Translations under genes and position numbers: made by a program
The notes under the pieces: model-generated
Told to the model about the DNA's origin: nothing
What the model saw: the letters and a program-made list of their open reading frames with translations, nothing else
Database searches by the model: none
Part shown: positions 20,745 through 27,989 of the stretch, piece after piece
Layout: each line of letters starts with the position of its first letter
Position numbering within the stretch: position 1 is the stretch's first letter
From: Acidimicrobiia bacterium
GTDB lineage: Bacteria; Actinomycetota; Acidimicrobiia; Spongiisociales; ZC4RG35
Length of the DNA stretch: 64,000 nucleotides
Assembly (NCBI GenBank): GCA_041747855.1
Contig: JBGTEJ010000088.1
Span: forward strand, 362-64,361
Reading direction: 5' to 3'

Positions 20745-21376
20745 CAGCGACCCCCTTTGATCAGCGGCCGACCGTAGGGCGACACTTGTGCTTCGGGGCG
20801 CGCCTTGGCGGGACGTCCCGCCTTCATCTTCTGAATCTGGAGTGCAAGCACGGCCGCCCCGATCAGCACCACGTGGTAGTACCCGACGTTGATGAGGTCC
20901 TTGATCGTTCCATAACTGATATCGACCTGGTTGCCGAGGACCAGGATGGGTGGGATCGTGACCGCCACCCGTTGTCCTGACCACACCAGGTCGGTCTGTG
21001 CGAAGTTGAGCCACTCGGAGGGAACCATTCCCATGTAGAAGACGAGGGCCACCCAGGCGATCATCGAGCCAACGATCGCCCTCGACCAGGTCATCCTCTG
21101 ATTGAGCAACCATAGGAAGGAAGCGCCGACCAAGGCCAGGGTGGTTGCTCCCAGCACGATCAGGTATCCGGCGCCCTTCCAGTAGATGCCACGAGGGAAC
21201 CAGTTGGCGAAATCGACTACATAGGGGACATCGACACCGTCGATTCGTTCGGTCAGTGGGAACGAGGACCAGTGGATCCAGAAGACTCCCAATGCCAGAC
21301 CCATGAGTCCGAGGATGAGCAGGGTTGCCCCTATCGCCTTCCGGCGACTGTCGCTCAGCTCTGTAAGACGGTACAT
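20744..21376 (-). CDS. Polytopic membrane protein, first gene of the Rieske/cyt b operon
   Basis: 210-aa ORF with about 4 hydrophobic helices, translationally coupled to the ferredoxin gene. No family recognised. Confidence 0.55.
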   Translation of the reverse strand: MYRLTELSDSRRKAIGATLLILGLMGLALGVFWIHWSSFPLTERIDGVDVPYVVDFANWFPRGIYWKGAGYLIVLGATTLALVGASFLWLLNQRMTWSRAIVGSMIAWVALVFYMGMVPSEWLNFAQTDLVWSGQRVAVTIPPILVLGNQVDISYGTIKDLINVGYYHVVLIGAAVLALQIQKMKAGRPAKARPEAQVSPYGRPLIKGGR

Positions 21377-21597
21377 ACTCTCGGGTCCAGGGAGTCTCGG
21401 TTCTGTGTTGGAGAGTTTCTACCACAAGGCGGCTTTGGTTCGGAACCTGACGGTCCAGGTTCTCGGTTCCACCACCCCTCGAGTCTCCGGCTGGCGAGCG
21501 GCTAAAAATCAACAACACGACGGGGCGGACATAACGGCAGGCCATGCGAACTGGGCGGTTATGCTCCCGCCGTCTCGGTTTCGCGTGAGGAAGACGG

Positions 21598-23040
21598 TTG
21601 ACCGACAGCAGAACAGCTGACATTCGAGCCATTCTTGGTGGTGGCTCAGAAGAAGATCGGGTCGCTGCCACCCATTTCGTGGTGGGGGCACTATTCCTGG
21701 TTCTCGGGAGCCTGATGGCTGTCCTCGCCTTTGCCTCTCTTCGTTTCCCCGCCTTGATGCCGCTCAGCTTCGGGAGGTTCGAGGCGGTGGCCAACCTGAC
21801 CTTGACCATCGGATTCTGTGTGATCTCTCTGGTAGGTGGGGTCTATTACGCCCTGCCCCGTTTGACCGGTACCCGTCTCGCCTATGGCAGGTTGGCCGGT
21901 CTAGGGCTGGCCGGAATGAGTGCCTTGGTCTTGGCTGGGGTCGTTGCGGTCTTCCTTGGGTTCGGCAGTGGACGTCAGCCGTTCGGGCTTCCCTGGTGGC
22001 TCGACATCCCGATGCTGGGTGTTCTGACCGTCCCGTTCCTGGTCACGGCGAGGACGATCAGCGCACGAAACGAGAAACACTCTTACGTGTCAATCTGGTT
22101 CATCCTCGGCGGGACAACCTGGCTACCCCTGCTCTATGCCGCCCACGTGGCCGGTCACGCCCCCTTCCTCGCCTCCTTGACCGTTGCCTTCTCCGACACA
22201 TTCCTGGCGGCGGGGATCGTCACCATGGTGGTAATCACTCTCGGCACCGGTCTCTTCTATTACACGGTGGTGCGAGAACTCGACATCGCCCTGGCCAGCC
22301 GACAACTTGCCCTGGTCGGTTTCTGGTCCCTCGGTCTCGCCGCGGTCTGGTGGGGAACGGCCCAATTGATCTTCGGTCCAGGCCCTAGCTGGCTCGCTGG
22401 CACCGCGGCCGCCTTGGGCCTCGCCTTCCCGATCGGCGCACTGGCCAATGCGGCCAACGTCTCCATGACACTGGAACGCTCCTGGGGGGGACTCCGCGAA
22501 CGGCCCGAGATAGCAGCCGGGGTGTACGGATTGTTCCTCGCGGTTGGTGTAGGGGCGATGGCGGCCCTTGCCGGATTCCGATCCATAGCGGCCGTCACCG
22601 CCTTGACCTCCTTCTGGGAGGGCGTCGAGTACGCCGCCGTGGCGGGGGTCGGCGTCCTGCTGGTAGCCGGGGTCACCATCCCTGCCTTACCCCGACTCAT
22701 CGGTAGGGAGGTCCCCTCCCTTCGGACGTTGAGAAGGTTCATTCGTCTCACTCTCGTTGGCAGCATCGGCACCCTTCTCTTCATGACTGCGGCAGGCCTG
22801 CTCACCGGGTATTCATGGGTGGCCGGATCTAACAGCGGAGCGGACCCTGAACTCGGAGTCAGCTGGGGTGCAGCCACCGGTGCCAGCGTGGAGACCCTCC
22901 TGCTTTTGGCCCTCGTGACCGCAATCATCGGGTTCTTCGGCCACCTCGCCTACGCCGGCACCGTTCTCGGGACGGTCGTCAAGGGTAAGGCGGTACCACA
23001 AGAGGTCCTCGTACGGTTTGGGGAGTCATCCGATGAGTGA
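21598..23040 (+). CDS. Haem-copper oxidase subunit I homologue, cbb3 CcoN/FixN-like, lacking the canonical ligand histidines
   Basis: 480-aa ~12-TM ORF (TTG start, GAGGAAG RBS). Long ungapped resemblance to CcoN blocks (SFGR..., RNEKHSYVSIWF, YY..FW...WWG..L, ...FWEG...). See the first finding. Confidence 0.7.
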   Translation: MTDSRTADIRAILGGGSEEDRVAATHFVVGALFLVLGSLMAVLAFASLRFPALMPLSFGRFEAVANLTLTIGFCVISLVGGVYYALPRLTGTRLAYGRLAGLGLAGMSALVLAGVVAVFLGFGSGRQPFGLPWWLDIPMLGVLTVPFLVTARTISARNEKHSYVSIWFILGGTTWLPLLYAAHVAGHAPFLASLTVAFSDTFLAAGIVTMVVITLGTGLFYYTVVRELDIALASRQLALVGFWSLGLAAVWWGTAQLIFGPGPSWLAGTAAALGLAFPIGALANAANVSMTLERSWGGLRERPEIAAGVYGLFLAVGVGAMAALAGFRSIAAVTALTSFWEGVEYAAVAGVGVLLVAGVTIPALPRLIGREVPSLRTLRRFIRLTLVGSIGTLLFMTAAGLLTGYSWVAGSNSGADPELGVSWGAATGASVETLLLLALVTAIIGFFGHLAYAGTVLGTVVKGKAVPQEVLVRFGESSDE

Positions 23041-23806
23041 GCTTCTCGCTGCTGTCGCCGCTGCACTCGGCACACCGGAAGCTTTGGTCAAACGGGCTGC
23101 AGAAGCGCGGGCCGCGGCCACCGGTGCCAGCGTCGATGAGGTCCTCGGAGCCTGGGCTGGTGGCGGAAGTGTCAGCGCCCCTGCGCCTGCGGCGGCCACG
23201 CCCCAACCTGAGGAAGAGATGCCCCCGACAAGCGTCAGCAGTCCGAGCACCACCTCGGTCGATACCGAGTCGTCAGATCCTCAGCCTGAAACTGACCGCC
23301 CAAGTCCGACCGGTCCATCCCCTTCAGTGCCCGCCGGGCCATACAAACCCCCGGTCCTGGTCGGCGCGGTCGACAACCCTGCCCGTGTCCTTGCTGGCGT
23401 GATCGGATTGTTCCTGGTCGTGTTGCTGATCGGATTCGTTGGCCCGTCCATTCCCACGGAGAACATCGGGGCACGAACCAGCTATCTGGACCTAACGGAG
23501 ACCGCCAGGAGTGGCCAGCACACCTATTCGACGCTGGGCTGCGCCGCTTGTCACACCCAGATGGTGCGCCCGGTGATCGCCGACGTCGGCCTGGGGCCGG
23601 TCACACTCAACGACACCAACCAGATCCTGGGCTTGCGCCGTTTCGGGCCTGACCTTTCCGATATTGGATCTCGGGCCACTCCACCGGAGATGGAACTGCT
23701 GGTCCGGGGCACTTTGACTCACCCCGGTCATAACCTGTCAGCTGACGACATGGCCTCCCTGATCGCCTACCTCGTCGCCTCGGACACTTCAGAGGAGGAA
23801 GGGTGA
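23033..23806 (+). CDS. CcoO/FixO-like monohaem cytochrome c with an N-terminal extension
   Basis: GCAACHTQMVRP and RRFGPDLSDIGSR match the CcoO hallmarks GCxxCHSQ(M/I)(I/V)RP and KRTGPDLxRVGxR. ATG at 23033 follows GGGGAG and overlaps the upstream stop. Confidence 0.7.
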   Translation: MSELLAAVAAALGTPEALVKRAAEARAAATGASVDEVLGAWAGGGSVSAPAPAAATPQPEEEMPPTSVSSPSTTSVDTESSDPQPETDRPSPTGPSPSVPAGPYKPPVLVGAVDNPARVLAGVIGLFLVVLLIGFVGPSIPTENIGARTSYLDLTETARSGQHTYSTLGCAACHTQMVRPVIADVGLGPVTLNDTNQILGLRRFGPDLSDIGSRATPPEMELLVRGTLTHPGHNLSADDMASLIAYLVASDTSEEEG

Positions 23807-23807
23807 T

Positions 23808-24869
23808 TTGAGCGAGTTTCTCAGCGCCGCATCGTCTGCCATGGGCATCCCCGAGTCCCTGGTACGAAGGGCTGCGGCTGCACGCGCGGCAGAGACCGGT
23901 ATGACGGTCGACGATGTCATCAAGGCGTGGGCAGGTGGCGACGCGGTCAGCGTCTCCGCCCCCGCGGCTGCAGCACCACCCGCAGAAGAAGAGGCGGGTC
24001 CGACCGAGGCAACCGAACCTTCTCCGGTTCCGGGATCAAACGCGGAGTCGCCACCTTCGACGCCGACCGTGTCTGCTCCATCTTCCCCAATTGCGCCAGC
24101 AGCAGCGGGTGCCACCAGGGCACCCATGCCCACCGAGGTCGGCCCTCGTCAGGCTGCCCGCCTTCCCGAGGTGATAACCGTGCCAACGGCAGGCATTCGT
24201 GAGCGGACCAATTCCACGATCCCGAGATGGCTGACCAGCCTCTTGTTAGCCGCACCGCTCTTCGCTCTATTCGCGTTGGGCGGTCTTGCCACCGGCGAGT
24301 GTGGTCAGGCCACCGAGCTCCGGGTCGATGTGGTGACAGGTGACGTCATCAACTGTGACGGGTCGGAGTTCACCGGTTCGGGGGGGCCTGGTGGCGGGGT
24401 CGACTTCATCGCCCTCGGTGGCTCCATCTACGGAGGTACGGGCGCCAGCGGTGTCAATTGTGCCGGGTGCCATGGCGCCCAGGGTCAGGGAGTCGGGAAC
24501 TTCCCGGCGATGACAGGGGTGATCACCACTTTCTCGTCGTGTTCCGATCACATCGAGTGGGTCACGCTTGGTGCGTCCGGCTTCCTGGCTGCGGGCAGAC
24601 AGACTTATGGCGACACCGGTCGCCCGGTCAGCGCCATGCCGGCATTCGGCAACTCCTTGACCGAGGAACAGCTCGCTGCAGTGGTGGCCTTCGAGCGGGT
24701 TCGTTTCGGGGGGGCCGATCCTCAACAAACCGCCATCGATTGCGGGTTGGCCGAGGCCCCTGAGGGCGAGGATCCGGACGATGGGGAGGGCGATGATGGA
24801 GAGCCCGAAGCGGGCGACGATCCCGAGGCCAGGATCGTGAGGTTCATCGAGGCCTCTTCCACTCCCTGA
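23808..24869 (+). CDS. Membrane-anchored c-type cytochrome (CcoP-position)
   Basis: CAGCHGAQGQG haem motif and a distal MPAFG Met-ligand-like motif. TTG start 1 nt after the upstream stop. Low-complexity linker plus TM helix. Confidence 0.7.
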   Translation: MSEFLSAASSAMGIPESLVRRAAAARAAETGMTVDDVIKAWAGGDAVSVSAPAAAAPPAEEEAGPTEATEPSPVPGSNAESPPSTPTVSAPSSPIAPAAAGATRAPMPTEVGPRQAARLPEVITVPTAGIRERTNSTIPRWLTSLLLAAPLFALFALGGLATGECGQATELRVDVVTGDVINCDGSEFTGSGGPGGGVDFIALGGSIYGGTGASGVNCAGCHGAQGQGVGNFPAMTGVITTFSSCSDHIEWVTLGASGFLAAGRQTYGDTGRPVSAMPAFGNSLTEEQLAAVVAFERVRFGGADPQQTAIDCGLAEAPEGEDPDDGEGDDGEPEAGDDPEARIVRFIEASSTP

Positions 24870-25107
24870 AGAGCCTGACCAGTTCCGCTGTAGACGTCAG
24901 TTCCCCCTCAGCGATTACCGCTCCGTCAGGGGCGAGGAGCACAGGGATCCTCAACCCGTAGACACCCACAAGCCGATCATCCGAATCGATGTCAACCTCC
25001 TGGACCTCCAAAGCAGCACGACGAGCCGCCTTGCGGACATGACGCCGCGCTTCGTCACACAAATGGCATCCCTCACGGGTGAGAAAGTCCACCACCAAAG
25101 AATTCAA
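24844..25107 (-). CDS. Glutaredoxin-like (thioredoxin-fold, DUF836-type) protein
   Basis: 87 aa with a CHLC redox motif near the N-terminus and an IPVLL beta-strand pattern. TTG start. Confidence 0.7.
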   Translation of the reverse strand: MNSLVVDFLTREGCHLCDEARRHVRKAARRAALEVQEVDIDSDDRLVGVYGLRIPVLLAPDGAVIAEGELTSTAELVRLFREWKRPR

Positions 25108-25250
25108 GTAACCACTCTCCGTGGTCGATAATGGAAATGCATGCAGGAAGGAGGGACCTCCGTAACCCGCATACCTAGGGCACGTTCGTCCCAGGTGTGA
25201 ACGGATAGCCTCCCAGCCCGCCCCACGGTTGCGGAATCCTCCTTCGTGTA

Positions 25251-25278
25251 GTCAGGGCCCCGTTCGCGGGGCCCTGAC
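25251..25278 (-). terminator. Perfect 12-bp GC-rich hairpin with a TTCG/CGAA loop, downstream of the DUF62 gene
   Basis: GTCAGGGCCCCG-TTCG-CGGGGCCCTGAC read directly. There is no clear U-tract. Confidence 0.4.
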
Positions 25279-25360
25279 ACCTTTGTACGCTGCTGACCTG
25301 TGCGACCTGCCACCGCGATCATCATCGTCATCCTTCTCGCCCTGATAGTTGTCGCAGGGG

Positions 25361-26209
25361 TCATTCAGGTTTGGATCCTGCTCTTCTGACCAATGACACG
25401 GGGACACCGTCCCCAAGATTCAGGTCGTCATCCGCACGACCGTTCCTCACCCCCAAAGCGATCAGACCCGCCGAGTCGACGTAGATCAGGCCCTCTCCTT
25501 CCTCGACAGCCCCATAGGCAGTCGCCCACATGAGATTGTGAATAGTGGCCCCAACCTTGACAGTGACCACCGATCCTGGAGTCAGTCCGAGTGTCTCGAG
25601 GTCTTCGGGTGAGATGTTGGTCTGAGCGTTGCCGAATCGATCCACCCACCACACGGTCCCCGACACTGTGTTCTCCGAAACCTCAGTGAGCGGGAGCAAC
25701 AAAGGGGTCAATTCGCTATCGGGGACTTCGGGGCCAAGATCGTCGAGGGTGGCTTCACCGGACGCCAGGAGTCCGGCCGCCGGTGCGAACAGATCCCTGC
25801 CGTGGAATGTGGCCCCTGGAGATGGAATCATCGCCTCCGGGTTCTCGATGGAGACCACCCGTGATGCTCCACCACACATCGCTACCGCCGGTGAGAGCAA
25901 CCCATTGTCCGGTCCGACGAAGTAGCCCCAATCGGTGAGGGCGGCCAAGGCCTTGCGGGATGTCCCTACACCGGGGTCGATCACGGCCAGACAAACTCCC
26001 TCGGGGAGATACTGAATCGCCCTGGCCAATGACAACGCGCCGGCCCGAATGTTTCCCTGGGCGAACTCGTGGCCCACATCGATCACCTTCGACTCAGGTG
26101 ACAACTTGGCGAGGACTCCATGGACCACGCCGACGGACTCGTCGTCACGACCGAAGTCGGATAGAAAGCTGACTGGCAGAGCCATACCGGGTGACGGTAG
26201 ACGAGCCAC
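25361..26209 (-). CDS. SAM hydrolase / SAM-dependent halogenase family protein (DUF62, S-adenosyl-L-methionine hydroxide adenosyltransferase-like)
   Basis: FLSDFGRDDESVGVVHGV, IDPGVGTSR, GPDNGLL and FHGRDLFAPAAG motifs. Confidence 0.85.
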   Translation of the reverse strand: MARLPSPGMALPVSFLSDFGRDDESVGVVHGVLAKLSPESKVIDVGHEFAQGNIRAGALSLARAIQYLPEGVCLAVIDPGVGTSRKALAALTDWGYFVGPDNGLLSPAVAMCGGASRVVSIENPEAMIPSPGATFHGRDLFAPAAGLLASGEATLDDLGPEVPDSELTPLLLPLTEVSENTVSGTVWWVDRFGNAQTNISPEDLETLGLTPGSVVTVKVGATIHNLMWATAYGAVEEGEGLIYVDSAGLIALGVRNGRADDDLNLGDGVPVSLVRRAGSKPE

Positions 26210-26246
26210 CGACGCCTTCGTTCGGGGTCACTCCTATATTCGTGGT

Positions 26247-27128
26247 ATGGCTGACCTGACACACGAGACCGTGGCAAGGACGGTGGCTTCCGGAGGGGTC
26301 TCGATGTTCATCGGGGGTCTGGACACCGGCAAGACCACCCTGGCCCTACAGGCGGCCGGACTGGCCCTGGCCTCCGGGAAGACCGCAGTCATCGTCGATG
26401 CCGACCTCGGCAACTCGACGATCGGCCCACCAGCATGTGTCTCCATCAAGGTCATCAGATCGAGCGAAGACCTACAGAGACTGGACGAGCCCGACTTCTT
26501 GCACTTTGTCGGGACCATCACACCTTCTCGCTTGGTCCTCCAGCAGGTGGTCGCCACGGCGGTGATGGCGCAACGCGCACGTGGTCTGGGTGATGTCGTC
26601 ATCATCGACACCACCGCCGTGGCCTCGGGAGTGGCCGGGGAGAGTCTCAAATACCACAAGACGGAGTTGTGTCGACCGGACCGCATCGTCGCCCTCCAAC
26701 GTGGGGAAGAGATGGAACCGGCTGTAGGCATGCTCCGACGCTTCCTCGGGGCCGATGTGACAACGGTCTCCACCGATCCCGGGATTCTTCCAATGTCGCC
26801 GGATGCTCGGGCCAAGCTGAGGGCGGAAGGCTTCGCCCGGGCCCTTCGCAAACCGCTCGAGCGGTGGAAAGTCAGACCGACGGTGTTCGCCCCCACCCTC
26901 CCTATAGGTCTGAACCTCGGACGACTCCACGGTGTACTGGTGGGTGTCCAGGGTGCGGACGGCGGATGCCTCGGACTGGGCGTCCTCAGCTACCAGGACG
27001 ACACCCTTCGCGTAGAGACGAATGTCGGCGAGGGGATGACCGGTCTCCGTCTGGGTTCTATGCGGCTCAACACTGAGACCTACGAACTACAGATGCTCAA
27101 TCTCAGGGAAGTCATGTTCGGGGTCTGA
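26247..27128 (+). CDS. Clp1/Grc3-like P-loop protein (putative polynucleotide kinase family)
   Basis: Walker A GGLDTGKTT, then VIVDADLGNSTIGPP ... HFVGTITP ... VIIDTTAV, which resembles the CLP1_P architecture. Track ORF trimmed to MADLTHE. Confidence 0.55.
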   Translation: MADLTHETVARTVASGGVSMFIGGLDTGKTTLALQAAGLALASGKTAVIVDADLGNSTIGPPACVSIKVIRSSEDLQRLDEPDFLHFVGTITPSRLVLQQVVATAVMAQRARGLGDVVIIDTTAVASGVAGESLKYHKTELCRPDRIVALQRGEEMEPAVGMLRRFLGADVTTVSTDPGILPMSPDARAKLRAEGFARALRKPLERWKVRPTVFAPTLPIGLNLGRLHGVLVGVQGADGGCLGLGVLSYQDDTLRVETNVGEGMTGLRLGSMRLNTETYELQMLNLREVMFGV

Positions 27129-27217
27129 CCCTGCCGATCTCCTCCAACTTCCTCTCCTGAGTCCCGAAACCCACCCGCGGGGGTCAAGCCGAATCGGGGT
27201 TCTGCCGATAGATACCC

Positions 27218-27901
27218 ATGCTAGGAAAATGGCGGTGGGTGTCGATTGCGACAGTCATCTCGTTGCTGACTCTGGGTTTAGGGACCGTGGCCTCAGCCGA
27301 CCCGTCCACAGAGGACATGTTCCTCTCCCAGATCAACGCCTCCCGCGCCGCGGCTGGCAAGGCGCCGTTGACCGTAGACGGCAATCTCCGCTCCTACGCG
27401 AGGAGTCACAGCCAGTTCATGGCCGACGGGAACTGCCCCCCGAAATCTGACGGCTCTCCGGCCAGCATCTGTCATTCGACCAGTGCCCAGCTCCAGGCTG
27501 CGGCCGGGAGCGGATGGTCGGCCCTCGGGGAGAACGTCGGGCGGGGCAACGCCAACTCGCTGCACGAGTCTTTCATGAACTCCCCGGGCCACCGGTCCAA
27601 CATCCTCGGGGACTACAACTATGTCGGAATCGGGACGGTGTACGCCAATGACTCGACATATGTCACGGTCGTGTTCATGAAGAAGGGGAGCACCTCGGGC
27701 GGCACCCCAACAACCACGACCACCAAACCAGCGACCACGACCACCACAGCCAAGGTCACCACGACAAGCACCTCGACCACGACCACAACGACCCTTCCAC
27801 CGACCACGACCACCACCTTGATCGTCGGTCCCGACAAGCCGGTGACGCCGGGAGGATCGTGTTTGACGGTGACCCGCTTTTGGTGGGTTTGTCACGACTG
27901 A
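27218..27901 (+). CDS. Secreted CAP/SCP (YkwD-like) domain protein with a poly-Thr linker
   Basis: Signal-peptide-like N-terminus, INASRAAAGKAPL ... HSQFMA ... GENVGRG ... FMNSPGHRSNIL ... GIG core, then a Thr-rich tract. Confidence 0.8.
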   Translation: MLGKWRWVSIATVISLLTLGLGTVASADPSTEDMFLSQINASRAAAGKAPLTVDGNLRSYARSHSQFMADGNCPPKSDGSPASICHSTSAQLQAAAGSGWSALGENVGRGNANSLHESFMNSPGHRSNILGDYNYVGIGTVYANDSTYVTVVFMKKGSTSGGTPTTTTTKPATTTTTAKVTTTSTSTTTTTTLPPTTTTTLIVGPDKPVTPGGSCLTVTRFWWVCHD

Positions 27902-27910
27902 GTTTCGCCT

Positions 27911-27933
27911 GTCCCCCTGTTCACGGGGGACAA
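27911..27933 (+). terminator. Hairpin 10 nt after the CAP-domain gene stop
   Basis: TGTCCCCC-tgttcac-GGGGGACA read directly. Confidence 0.45.
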
Positions 27934-27989
27934 CCCCACAGAGGCGGCACATCTGCGGTTCTGGTGTCCCCCTGGGGGGACAGAAGACG

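Noticed and set aside
12938-21597. Rex operator sites (TTGTGAA-N-TTCACAA type) in the nuoA, rex and bc / ccoN-like upstream regions
   Set aside because: Visual scanning of these intergenic regions found only loose TGTG...CACA pairs with the wrong spacing (for example 21403..21425). A weight-matrix scan would be needed before claiming Rex control.
20745-21809. Upstream 355 codons of the 504-aa track ORF 20295..21809
   Set aside because: The sequence is Arg/Pro-rich nonsense. It overlaps the well-behaved membrane-protein gene 20744..21376 in another frame and runs through the divergent intergenic region. Only the last 149 codons (the ferredoxin) look real.
23789-24133. Ala/Gly-rich minus-strand ORFs antisense to the two cytochrome c genes
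   Set aside because: These are mirror-frame artefacts of the Ala/Pro-rich linker regions of the plus-strand genes.
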